Part shown: piece by piece, positions 34,372 to 45,200 of the stretch
How positions within the stretch are numbered: position 1 is the first letter of the stretch
How the letters are laid out: every line of letters starts with the position of its first letter
Assembly (NCBI GenBank): GCA_934365195.1
Contig: CAKRNA010000008.1
Span: 3,995-67,994 of the forward strand
DNA length: 64,000 nucleotides
Source: an uncultured Clostridia bacterium
GTDB taxonomy: Bacteria > Bacillota > Clostridia > Christensenellales > CAAEEZ01
Direction: 5' to 3'
The notes under the pieces: generated by a model
The model's input: the letters and a program-made list of their open reading frames with translations, nothing else
Told to the model about the DNA's origin: nothing
Databases searched by the model: none
Translations under genes and position numbers: made by a program

Positions 34372-37300
34372 TTATCCTATTCCCCAACCATCGTTAGTAG
34401 CAACGTAAGTAGTTCCTGCGCTAAACTTCGTAAGCACTCCGTCCACCATTCCACAAGCGTAACCCGTGGAAGTGAAGTAATTTGCCTTAGTTTTAAACGC
34501 ACCTTCGGACTTAGTAAAATCCTCTTTTATACTATAAGTTATCTTAGCCGCCGAGTTAATCACGACTTTTCCGCCATCTCTTGCAGTTATCTTACCCGCA
34601 AACGATGAGCCTGCATTTAAGTTCAACGTGCCTTCCACCACTAATTCAGCAGGCGTATACTTATTAAACGACCTAGTTATATTCCTAAACCACGCACTTT
34701 GACTGTCAGTAGGATAATCCCACGCTCCGTCTTGGAAACCGTCGTAAACAGCCGTTCCCCTAGGGTTTGTAGATTTATTCATAGTCAAGTATTCGTCAAG
34801 CGAATATACAAACATATTTCCGCCGTTATTTAAGTTTAGCGTTGCGCCTTTCTCCACGATAAACTTAGAGCCGGGCAACAATTTTACTCCTATTCCTACG
34901 TTCACGGTGCTACCGGTTTTGGCAACTACGTCGATATATCCGGATAGTGGTACTTGTTTGTTATTTGTTGATGCCGTGATAGAAATAAACACCTTTATCG
35001 TCAACGATATATTATTTAGTGTAACGTCGCCGTATAAATTTAAAATCATTTTCCCGGTTTTTTCATCAAACGTCTTAATAACTTTGCCGCTATTTATTTG
35101 GATAAATTCATTTTTAGTAGTTCCGATAAATTTAATATCGGATTGTGCTTCAGCACTTGCGTATACGTATGCTTTTGCAAAGTAATTGACGCCACGATTT
35201 ATCTCGGTATCTACCGTAATATTAGCAAGCGTAAATTGATTTATAGGGAATATATCGCCATATATCGCATACGTAACGGAGCCACCCTTAAAGTTTAGTA
35301 CTGCCATTGCCTCGTACACGTTTCCGCTATTTGCAACGAGTTTTCCTTCGCCGTGTACAAAACCTAACGATTCAAACACGCCGCCGTTTACAGTAATATT
35401 TGCATCCCTTTCAATCTTTATTGCTCCGTACTTATTGCCACTAGGGTTGCCCGACACACCTGCTCCGCCTGCTCTTACTGCGTTGACCAAAATATGTCCT
35501 TCGGTTACAAAGTTAACACCGCTAGGCACGGTTAAGGTTACGTAAGCCGCATCCTTACTTGTTGGAGAAAGCACGTCCTCCACCACGTTTGCTCTAATTT
35601 CATAAGTATTATCGTATGGAACTAATAAGTACTCGTTTTGCGCTAATTTATAACAATCCGCACCGTTAAACAAATCAGGGCGTTTTATTCTAACGTCACT
35701 ACTTGCAAACGAAGTATTAGCAGTAATTACAAGATAGTTGCTTACGCTTGGCTTTTTAGTAGTTGCCGTACTCTTTGCTAAAGCGTCCTCGATAGTGTAT
35801 AACGCAGCGCCATATTTTACCGACTTAACCTTTATCGCTACGTGCTTTGCCTCTGCCTTATACCACTCGTTGTCGTTTAGCGTTAGCGTTACCACATAGG
35901 TACTGCCCACGTTTATATCAACACGTGTTCTTGTTATGCTAAGCCCTGCGTACTCAATCGGTGCGCCGTTCTTTTTGTAGGAAACGGCAATTTGTACGTC
36001 GTCACTACTGATTTTACCGTTAAAGTTCATTTCAACGTCATTTGCCACTATTTCAATATTAGTTTTTTCGCCAACCACCGTTAAAGTAGTATCTAGAGGG
36101 TTGTAGTTTCTTTCGTCGGCAAGGTAAACCACCTCCACCGTTTGCTCGCCAAGACGTGGAACGTAAGACGGATTTTTAAACGTTACGTATTTTGGCGAAG
36201 TGCTGTCTGCAAGCGTTTTGTTTGGTTCTACTTTTACAAAGAACTTATCTAAAGTAACACCCTCGTAGTTTGCCTTGTTTATCACCACTTCAAAGGTTTT
36301 TGCGGTTTCTTCGTAGTTGGTTGTCTCCTCGCAAATTACCGTAATCGTCATTTTGCTGCCGTCAGGAACGTTTACAAAACTATTGTTTTCGTACCTAACG
36401 TTTCCTAGTTCTTTCGCACTTACCGTGCCCTCTATAAATTGCTCTTGTCCGTTATAGGTATAGGAGTTTTGGGTAAAACTAAAGTCGTTATCAATCTTTC
36501 TTATAACCACTTTAAAGGTATTAGATTGCATCTCTGTGCCATCTTTCATTAACCTGTATTTTACCACGTACTCGCCGGTGTTTACAAATTTTGGAGCGAC
36601 AGTAGTCCACGTTTCACCATTTAAGTATTCAACAATTATATCCGTTACTTCATCAGAAGTTACCACAACCTCGCCACCGTGCTCTGTACCGTCGTAGTCA
36701 CCCACGAAAGTGTTTATTTTCACGCTGACAAATTTATCTATCGCTAACGTAAAGTCAAATTTCAAAGCAAAGTTTTTGGTTTTGGATTCGGCGTCCTTTG
36801 TAACCTCATAGCCCTCAACCGTGAAGTTATCGTTTAAATCTCCGTTTAGCACGTACTCGCCCGTTTCGTTTGTGTTCGCTTTAATAATTCCGCTTATAGC
36901 AAAACCGCTTGGTAACCCATCAATATGCCCATTAAGTTCTGCCGACCACAAAGTATTATCGCTAGAATTATCTTTTATAAAATTGCCTCTAAACCAAACC
37001 TCTTTTGCTGTAACGTTAAACGACACGCTATTACTTATCGTAGGATAGTAGTTTTTGCTATCAGTTACAAACTCAGCGCTAACTTCGTACTTTCCAACGT
37101 CGCTAGTTTCGGTATAAGTAGTATCGTATTTCACCTTGCCCAAACTTTGAGTAGTATCGCCGTTTATCAGTCCATCGCAAGATATACTAAAAGTAGGCGT
37201 TTTTGACAAGTATACTACGTCTGCCACGTTGTTTATATAGGCGCTAACCGGAAGTTTTCCCACGGTCACGGTAGAATTAACCAGCGTAATTTCATAGTTA

Positions 37301-39984
37301 TTTGCCTTTTCTCCATCAAAAGCAAAGCCCTCTTTAAAGTTGACATCATAATTTCCAACGCCGTCATATTGAGCATAAGTGGTTTCTAACTGAGCCGTGC
37401 CCATTTTGTCCTTGTCCACGTCTAATATGCCCGTAAATTCATATTTTATCTCTGGCAAAATCTCCCCGTAAATCACGCTTATCGGGGTAATTTTAGCCTC
37501 TGCATTTTTCTTATTAACGGTTATTTCTCCCACTACGTAACTAATTTCATAGTTACTTGCAGATAGCCCTTTTCCTCTAACAAAATACGTTCCTACGTCA
37601 GAGCCTTCAACGTAATCGGTCACCTTTTCAAAAGTTCCCGTAATTACGCTCTCGTTCTCGCCGTAAACAAAGCCGTCTACCGTATAGGTTACATCTTTTA
37701 GGCTATCGCCATAGGTAACTGAGGCCTGCTCGATAGTTACGGTTAAAGTAGACTTTATTATTTCAAAGTCAAGTACGCTAGTGTTAGCGCTAACACTCTC
37801 TAACCCTTCAATGCTTGCGGTAATTACTGCTTTTACTGTGTACGTGCCGCAATCTCTAACGCTTGGAGTAAAGTTGTACGTGCCTCTATTTTCGTCAAAA
37901 CTTCCTGCCGTGCTGCCATTAACAAACCACTCAACGCCGTAGGCTATCCTCTCGTTAGCCTTTTCAAACGTTAATGTGTAGTTTGCTAGCGCCTCGCCAT
38001 AAACAAATTGCTTATCCTCTACGCTTGGGTTAAGTTCAACGTTTCTTATGCTGTCAATCTTCCATTTAACATTTACGGTTACGTCTTCGTCAGGCATTGT
38101 TTCGCCCTCAACAGTTGCGCCCGTATCCAAAACGTACTCAATGAACGTTAGCCCGTTTTCCTTAAGTTTTGTATCGGTAATTTCCGGCATAGATAACGAT
38201 ATTTCGCTATCGTACTCAACTCCTTCCACCCTATATTCTTTTTCAAACGACTTAATTATTATAGTATGCTTATTTATTTTATATGTTGCAGTATAAACAT
38301 ACTCACCCGTTGCGGTTATCATCTCGCCACTAGGAATAAACCCTGTTTCGCCATATTTCCAGCCGATGAACGTGTAGCCGATTTTTTCCGCTACTGGTGG
38401 CGCAGTTATCTTAGTGCCGTACTCTGCCGATATTGTTGTGTTTCCATCTAATTCTATAAAGTTTCCTTCTTCGTCTTGGAATCCGATGGTGTAAGTATCC
38501 ACGTTAAACTTCGCATTAACAACAAGGTTCTCTTTCACGCTTGTAAACTCTTTATCCCACCCTGCAAAAGTGTGCCCCTCTTTCGTTGGGTTTGCAGGAG
38601 CACTAGCGCTCTCTCCGTGCTTAACTTGTTGCGTTTTTAAAATCTCTTCACCGCTTTTGAAAGTCACTGTGTATACTTTGATTTCAAACTTCGCGTTTAC
38701 GGTCAAATTGCTGGTTACTACCTCAAACTCTTTGTCCCAGCCTACAAAATTGTAGCCCTCTTTCGTAGGGGTTGCAGGCGCAATAGCGCTCATGCCGTGC
38801 TCAACTTGTTGCACGTCCTTGCCGCCAACCTGTATTACCTTTCCGTCACCGTCCACGAACTTAACTTCGTACACGTTTATTTCGTATTTTCCATTAACAA
38901 TCAAATCGCACTTAACGTTGTCAAAACTTTGTTGCCAACTAAACGTGTACCCCTCTTTTTCAGGCATAGTTGGAGCAACAGCGCTCTTGCCGTACTCAAC
39001 TTTTTGCACGTCCTTGCCGTTTACTTTAATTACGTTGCCATCTTCGTCCACAAATTTTACATCGAATACTTTGATTTCAAATTTTGCGTTTACGGTCAAA
39101 TCGCTAGTTACTACATCAAACTCTTTATCCCAGCCTACAAAATTGTAGCCCTCTTTCGTAGGGTTTTCAGGCGCAACAGCGCCCTTGCCGTGCTCAACGA
39201 CTTGCGTTTTAATAGTTTTTTCACCGTTTTTGAAAGTCACGGTGTATTCACTTATCTTATAGATTGCATTAGTTACAATATCACCCTTTACGTTTGTGAT
39301 ATCTTTATCCCAACCAACAAAAGTGTAACCCTCTCTAATCGGAAGCACAGGGGCTACCGCATCTTCTCCGTAATTAACAGATTTTTTCTCGATTAGTTCG
39401 CCCTTTTCGTTTCTGAACTCTACTTCGTAAACTATTATGTTAAACTTCGCCTTAACAATAAGGTTCTCTTTCACGCTTGCAAAGTCTTTATCCCAGCCTG
39501 CAAAAGTGTGTCCCTCTTTTGTAGGGTTTTCAGGCGCAACAGCGCTCTCGCCATAAAATACTGTTTGCTCGGTTTTTCCGTCCACCTTAATAGGATTGCC
39601 GTTTTCGTCCTGAAAGGCAACTACGAAACTCTTTCTTACAAGTTCAAATTTTGCATACAAAGACAAGTTTTCATTTTTATCAATTTTGTGATAATCGAAA
39701 ATAGTGCCATCACTAAAATACCAGCCTAAAAACTTGTAAGTTTTTCCCTCTTCCTCACAATTTTTAGTTGGATCAGTCGGCATATAACCTTCAAAATCGA
39801 ATTTTTCGCTATCCACCTTTAAAGTGGACACAGGCGCAGCATCGTTTTCGTCCAAGTAGAATTTGATTTCATACTTTTTAAAAACGCCAAAATTACCAAC
39901 CTTACAGGCGGTAAGCATCATCAATGCAATGATTAAAACAGCAACAACGGTCATTACTTTTTTAACGTGTACATTTCTTTTCAT
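34372..39984 (-). CDS. Giant (1870 aa) surface lipoprotein with about eight Listeria-Bacteroides (Flg_new) repeats, several MBG-type domains and a C-terminal beta-helix-like region
   Basis: Lipobox LTAC. EGxTFxGWDKxF recurs every ~70 aa. The motifs YGE/YGD...G.Y.V....NYEI are typical of MBG domains. Confidence 0.8.
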   Translation of the reverse strand: MKRNVHVKKVMTVVAVLIIALMMLTACKVGNFGVFKKYEIKFYLDENDAAPVSTLKVDSEKFDFEGYMPTDPTKNCEEEGKTYKFLGWYFSDGTIFDYHKIDKNENLSLYAKFELVRKSFVVAFQDENGNPIKVDGKTEQTVFYGESAVAPENPTKEGHTFAGWDKDFASVKENLIVKAKFNIIVYEVEFRNEKGELIEKKSVNYGEDAVAPVLPIREGYTFVGWDKDITNVKGDIVTNAIYKISEYTVTFKNGEKTIKTQVVEHGKGAVAPENPTKEGYNFVGWDKEFDVVTSDLTVNAKFEIKVFDVKFVDEDGNVIKVNGKDVQKVEYGKSAVAPTMPEKEGYTFSWQQSFDNVKCDLIVNGKYEINVYEVKFVDGDGKVIQVGGKDVQQVEHGMSAIAPATPTKEGYNFVGWDKEFEVVTSNLTVNAKFEIKVYTVTFKSGEEILKTQQVKHGESASAPANPTKEGHTFAGWDKEFTSVKENLVVNAKFNVDTYTIGFQDEEGNFIELDGNTTISAEYGTKITAPPVAEKIGYTFIGWKYGETGFIPSGEMITATGEYVYTATYKINKHTIIIKSFEKEYRVEGVEYDSEISLSMPEITDTKLKENGLTFIEYVLDTGATVEGETMPDEDVTVNVKWKIDSIRNVELNPSVEDKQFVYGEALANYTLTFEKANERIAYGVEWFVNGSTAGSFDENRGTYNFTPSVRDCGTYTVKAVITASIEGLESVSANTSVLDFEIIKSTLTVTIEQASVTYGDSLKDVTYTVDGFVYGENESVITGTFEKVTDYVEGSDVGTYFVRGKGLSASNYEISYVVGEITVNKKNAEAKITPISVIYGEILPEIKYEFTGILDVDKDKMGTAQLETTYAQYDGVGNYDVNFKEGFAFDGEKANNYEITLVNSTVTVGKLPVSAYINNVADVVYLSKTPTFSISCDGLINGDTTQSLGKVKYDTTYTETSDVGKYEVSAEFVTDSKNYYPTISNSVSFNVTAKEVWFRGNFIKDNSSDNTLWSAELNGHIDGLPSGFAISGIIKANTNETGEYVLNGDLNDNFTVEGYEVTKDAESKTKNFALKFDFTLAIDKFVSVKINTFVGDYDGTEHGGEVVVTSDEVTDIIVEYLNGETWTTVAPKFVNTGEYVVKYRLMKDGTEMQSNTFKVVIRKIDNDFSFTQNSYTYNGQEQFIEGTVSAKELGNVRYENNSFVNVPDGSKMTITVICEETTNYEETAKTFEVVINKANYEGVTLDKFFVKVEPNKTLADSTSPKYVTFKNPSYVPRLGEQTVEVVYLADERNYNPLDTTLTVVGEKTNIEIVANDVEMNFNGKISSDDVQIAVSYKKNGAPIEYAGLSITRTRVDINVGSTYVVTLTLNDNEWYKAEAKHVAIKVKSVKYGAALYTIEDALAKSTATTKKPSVSNYLVITANTSFASSDVRIKRPDLFNGADCYKLAQNEYLLVPYDNTYEIRANVVEDVLSPTSKDAAYVTLTVPSGVNFVTEGHILVNAVRAGGAGVSGNPSGNKYGAIKIERDANITVNGGVFESLGFVHGEGKLVANSGNVYEAMAVLNFKGGSVTYAIYGDIFPINQFTLANITVDTEINRGVNYFAKAYVYASAEAQSDIKFIGTTKNEFIQINSGKVIKTFDEKTGKMILNLYGDVTLNNISLTIKVFISITASTNNKQVPLSGYIDVVAKTGSTVNVGIGVKLLPGSKFIVEKGATLNLNNGGNMFVYSLDEYLTMNKSTNPRGTAVYDGFQDGAWDYPTDSQSAWFRNITRSFNKYTPAELVVEGTLNLNAGSSFAGKITARDGGKVVINSAAKITYSIKEDFTKSEGAFKTKANYFTSTGYACGMVDGVLTKFSAGTTYVATNDGWGIG

Positions 39985-40774
39985 TTTTTACTTCCTATTT
40001 TCCTTGCTTTTATATGCATTTTTTTTACCAAATTATTCTAAAACAACTTTTTTTTGAACAAAAAATACGAACTACGTCATTCCCCGTAATTAAAAAATTG
40101 AAAATTTTAGACACGACTGATGAAAAATTTTTAAAAAATTAAATTTTTCGACTGTTTTTTTAATGTTTTAACGTTAGCCGTATTTGTTTTTTTACAAAAA
40201 AGGCTCTTTTATTAAGTTTTTCTATGTTTTTTATACATTTGTTTATAAAATATGTACCTATAAGGCGTAGACACTATACTACTTAAAATAGGATTTGTCA
40301 ACACATTTAATTGTATCTATATAATTAAACAATATTATTAACATAATAGTAAATAGCCACCTGTACCGCTAATGATACAAGTGGCTTAATTACCCCCTAT
40401 TTTTCGACAAAATTTTCAAAAAATTCTCTCTTTTTTTCAAAAATTTTTATAAATTGTTTGAATAACGTAAACTATTTTCAAAAATCTTTCCAAAGCCGCT
40501 TTTTGCTAAAAACAAAAAAGCGCAACAAAAATCATCGTGTTTTTATTACGCTAAAAAATCTTATTCATAGGCGACTTCCTCCCGTCCGTTAGTAAGTTAG
40601 TTCGTTGGTCTAGTCCTTTTTTACCTCTTTTAATACGTGCTACTTAAAAGTTTAGCAAGCATCAACTTTTATCTTTATGTTTATATTATATCATGTTTTA
40701 AAGGCGTTTTCAATAATTGCACAAATTATCATATATTGCGTTTTTTGTTTTTTAATTAGCCTTAAAATTTACAG

Positions 40775-40805
40775 AAAAAAGGAGCAAGTCAAAAATCCGA
40801 CTTGC
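40775..40805 (-). terminator. Intrinsic terminator after fucO
   Basis: GCAAGTC-N8-GACTTGC followed, on the minus strand, by CCTTTTTT. Confidence 0.7.
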
Positions 40806-40847
40806 CCTAATTTAATATCATTAGTTTTATCAAATTTCAAACAAATT

Positions 40848-41996
40848 CTAGAACGCTTTTTTGTAAAGAGCAAGAATATCCGCCTCGGTAATTTCCCTTG
40901 GATTTCCTCCCGTACAAACGTCGTTAAATGCGTCTTTTGATAGTTGTTCAAGTGCATTTTCGGGGATATTTATCTCTCTAAGCGTTTGTGGTATGCCAAG
41001 GTCAAGCGACAATTTCCTTACTGCTTGAACACCAAGTTTAGCGCCTTCCTCTTTGGTTAATCCCTCTACTTTTTCCCCCATAGACTTTGCAATATTACAG
41101 TATTTTTCAACGCAAGCAGGCATATTGTACTCCATTACAATAGGTAAAAGTAGTGCGTTTGCCACGCCGTGCGGAATATCAAATCTTGCGCCAAGTGGGT
41201 GCGCCATTGAGTGCACACAGCCAAGTCCGACGTTAGAAAAAGCCATACCTGCCACGTATTGAGCAAGCGCCATATTTTCCCTTGCCACTTTGTCTTTGCC
41301 GTTAAAAGTTGCTTCACGAAGGTTTTGAGATATTAGTTCGATAGCCTTTAACTCAAACATATCTGATAACTCCCACGCCCCTTTGGTGATGTAACCCTCG
41401 ATAGCGTGAGTAAGAGCGTCCATACCCGTCGATGCGGTTAAGCCCTTTGGCATAGACTCCATAAGTTCAGCGTCGATTATTGCCAAAATAGGTATATCGT
41501 GCGGATCTACGCACACCATTTTTCTGCCCGTTTCCTCGTCGATAATTACGTAGTTAATGGTAACCTCTGCGGCCGTTCCTGCGGTTGTCGGAAGCGCTAT
41601 AATCGGCACGCACTTGTTCTTTGTAGGCGCTACTCCCTCAAGCGACGTAACGTCGGCAAATTCAGGGTTGTTTGCCACAATTCCTATGCCCTTTGAGGTA
41701 TCTATTGCACTACCGCCGCCTATTGCGATGATAAAATCCGCTCCGGACTTTTCAAAAGCCTTTACGCCGTCCTTTACGTTAGTAACGGTTGGGTTTGCCT
41801 TAAAATCCACGAACGTTTCGTAAGGGAAGCCCTCTAAGGAAGAAGTAACCATATCCGTTACACCAAATTTTACAAGGTCTTTATCGGCCACAATAAACGC
41901 CTTTTTAAAGCCACGAGCCTTAATTTCGCCAAGTAGTTCGCTCCTTGAACCCGCACCAAAATACGAAGTTTCGTTTAGGATAAATCTGTTTGCCAT
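40848..41996 (-). CDS. fucO: Lactaldehyde reductase / 1,2-propanediol oxidoreductase (iron-containing alcohol dehydrogenase)
   Basis: Collinear with recalled E. coli FucO along the whole length: MANRxILNET..FG, IAIGGGS, NNPEFADV, PTTAGTAAEVTINYVI, CVDPHDIP, DALTHAIEGYIT, GVANA, DVCTGGNPRE. Confidence 0.9.
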   Translation of the reverse strand: MANRFILNETSYFGAGSRSELLGEIKARGFKKAFIVADKDLVKFGVTDMVTSSLEGFPYETFVDFKANPTVTNVKDGVKAFEKSGADFIIAIGGGSAIDTSKGIGIVANNPEFADVTSLEGVAPTKNKCVPIIALPTTAGTAAEVTINYVIIDEETGRKMVCVDPHDIPILAIIDAELMESMPKGLTASTGMDALTHAIEGYITKGAWELSDMFELKAIELISQNLREATFNGKDKVARENMALAQYVAGMAFSNVGLGCVHSMAHPLGARFDIPHGVANALLLPIVMEYNMPACVEKYCNIAKSMGEKVEGLTKEEGAKLGVQAVRKLSLDLGIPQTLREINIPENALEQLSKDAFNDVCTGGNPREITEADILALYKKAF

Positions 41997-42296
41997 AATA
42001 TTATCTCCTTATAATTTAGTACAGTTTTATTATATTATTCCATAATCACGTTGTCAATACTACCTCGTTTTTCCGCCCGAAATCCCCGCAAAAAATATAG
42101 CCTTATATTTTCCATACGAACAAAAATAGTTTGCATAAATATCGCCTATAATAACATAATCAAGGCTTTATAACACATTTTTGACACATAAAGTGCATTT
42201 TTACACAATACTCCCACATTATATTTTTAACGATAGAGAAAATATATAATAAAATAAGGCTACCAAACGGTAGCCTTTTAAAATAAATCTAATTTA

Positions 42297-45200
42297 CTAT
42301 TTAAGCGTGATTAGGTTGCCTTTTTCAGACACTTTGCCCGCCTTTTTCAAAAGTTGCAAAGCCTTTTCCAGTTGCATAGTAACCACGTCGCCTGCCCTTG
42401 AGTAGCCAAGGTTTTGCGCAATGTTTTTGAATAAATCGTCCTTAGTAACTTCGATATTTTGCTTTACAACCATCTCGATGCCTGCTGCAAGTTCCTCAGG
42501 AGCGATATACCTAATATCCCGTTGCTCGCCCTTTTTAGGCACTCTTAGTTCGAAAGTACCTTGGCTGGTTTTGTAGATAAATCCGCCTTTTCTAGTGATG
42601 CCTTTTATCTTGCCTAGGCTTTCGTTAAAGGAATCTTTCACCGCTTTTGTTACAAAAGTTTTATCAAACAACACGGCTGTGCGCTTCATTATCCACTCCT
42701 CGCTGACAGGGGCTTCTTTTATAATGATTTTGCAAATTAGGTTGCTATATTTCCCGTCGTAAGTGGCTTTGTTTATCGGCTCTTGCTCGTACTCTTTGTA
42801 GATAATCAAGGTGTTTTGAGTAGGCTTTTGGCTAGCGTTTTTGTTTTCACCCTTAGCACCGTCTTTTAAGCCCATCTTTGTTACGGCGTCTTTAGTAACG
42901 GTTAATAGCCTTCTCTTTTCCACCTTGTTGTTTCTAAACCAGTCGGTAGACCACACTCTGTAATATTGCCAGCCCAGTTTTTCCAAAACGGACTCACGCA
43001 GCCTATCCCTATCCCTCGTAGACTTGCTTTGAAGGTAGGTTTGCCCGTCGCACTCAATGGCAAGCACGTACTTATTCAAAGTTGGGTGCTTAACCGCTAA
43101 GTCTATCTTGTAACTAGAACTACCCACGTTCTTTTCCACAACGTAGCCTGCCGACGTCAAGAAATCGTAAATCTCGCTGACGATTGCGCTATCTCTAACA
43201 GGCGATTTCCTTTGCCTTACGTTACGCTCTAATGCTACCGCTTTATTTTCGGCGTAGTCTAGGTATTCTCTAAGCAGCCTTGCCCCCTCTGCAGCGGTTT
43301 TGTTTAGGTCTATATCGTAATATTTAATAGACGCCACCAGTTTTACGTTGTACTTTGCCCTAGTTACCGCCACGTTCAGTCTTCTTTCGCCGCCCACTCT
43401 ATTTAACGGACCGAAGTTGTGGAAGAACTTGCCCGAATTATCCCTTGCGTAGCCCACGCTGAAAATTATCGTGTCCCTCTCGTCACCTTGAACGGTTTCT
43501 AGATTTTTAACGAAGAACGGCTCTTTTTGGTTTTGGTCAAACAGTTTGTCAAGCAACTTGTTTTCGTCACGCTTTCTTGCGATTATGCGCTCGATAACCT
43601 CCTGTTGCGACTGGCTGAACGCTACTACGCCCAGCGACCTATTAGGGAATTTTCTAAGGTCGTCTATTACCATATTCGCCACTTGCTCCGCCTCGATTAA
43701 GTTGGTTTTCGTCTTTCTATCGAATACGCCGCCCTGCACGTAGTAAAAATCTACGCCGAAGTTTTTGTTCTTTTTAAGTGCAGACGGGAAAGTAACGAGT
43801 TCGCCGTTGTAGTAATTCTTGTTTGAAAAGGCAATCAAATCCTCCGTTTTGCTGCGGTAATGCCACTTCAAACGGTTTTGCGAAAACGCCGTGGTGCACA
43901 AGTCCAAAATAGACTCGAAGTCCTCTACGTCCTCGTTGTAGTCCTCCTCGCTAAAATCCTCCTCGCCGATTGATGCGGTAAAGAAATTGCTTGGCGGCAT
44001 TTGTTTGCTATCGCCAACGACTATCACTTGTTTTGCCCTGTATATTGCCCCCAAAGCGTCCTCAGGGAAGATTTGCGACGCCTCGTCGAATATTACAAGG
44101 TCAAACTCTATATCGGTATCTAAAAAAGTGCTTACGCTAAGCGGCGACATCAAAAAGCACGGTTTTAAAGTAAGGATAAGTTCAGGTATCCTACTTAATA
44201 GCATTCTTACTGGCATTTGTTTGCGTTGTTTTTCCTGCTCACGAACAAGCACCGCAACCTGACTACCCGGCGCCATTGCCTCTACGTTAGGGCGCATTGC
44301 GGATAGTTTTGCGTTGATTTGCGCTTTGGAAATCTCGAAAGTAAGTTCGTCCTTATCCTTGAATAGTTTTACGCATTTATCGTGCGACACCCTATCAAGT
44401 TCGCTTAAAACCTCGCTTTCAGAGAAGATTTGGTATGCCCATTGCTTGTAGAAAAGCAATGCGTACAGGCTTGGCATAGTCTCCGCTTTTACGTTCTTTT
44501 CCCTTGCCGTATCGATAAAGGTAAGCACGTCTAACTGCTTTGCCTCCTCTAACAACTTGTAGAAAAGCACCCAGTTTTCCAACTCGCCTATATTACCACT
44601 ACACCTAGACAGTTTTTCAATCACCTTTTCAAGATATTCTACTTTTAGGTTGAAAATCGCCTTGTCAAAGCACTCCTCCAAAAACTCGAAGTGTTGCATA
44701 TTCAGGTTTAGCACCTTGCCAAGTTTCGTGGACCAAATAGCCATACTGTATTTTAGTTCGTCAAACTCACCCTCGGCAAAGTTTGAAAGCGGCGATAGGT
44801 CTATGCCTTGGCTGTAAAAATTCTTAATATCATTGCCTTTTTTGATTGCGTAATCAAAATCGGTTTGGTAGCCCTTATAGAACTCGCCCAAAATATCCTT
44901 GATAAAGCCCTCTTTTTCCTTATATTTTGCCTCAAGCCCTTGCATTTCCTTTAACTTTTCAAGGTAGTAAACGGTGTGCTTGTAGTTTAATTTTTTGTCC
45001 GGTTTTAAACATAGGATTATGTCGGTTTTATCCTTGTTGTATCCACGCTTCAAGTCCCTAAACACGTCGCCGTATAGGTTGACGTACCTTGCGTACAAGT
45101 TGTTGCCGTCCAACTTGTAGATATTCTCGTCAAACTGCTCGTCCAGTTCGCCTTTTAGCGCCAAAATCTTACCGGCAAGTTCCTTGCACTCGGCGGTATC

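Noticed and set aside
34141-39729. Many + strand ORFs of 60-199 aa (for example 38797-39396 and 34141-34608) opposite the 1870-aa gene
   Set aside because: These are shadow ORFs antisense to a long, repeat-containing CDS. Their repeated Ser/Leu/Thr-rich sequences mirror the Flg_new repeats. They have no RBS.
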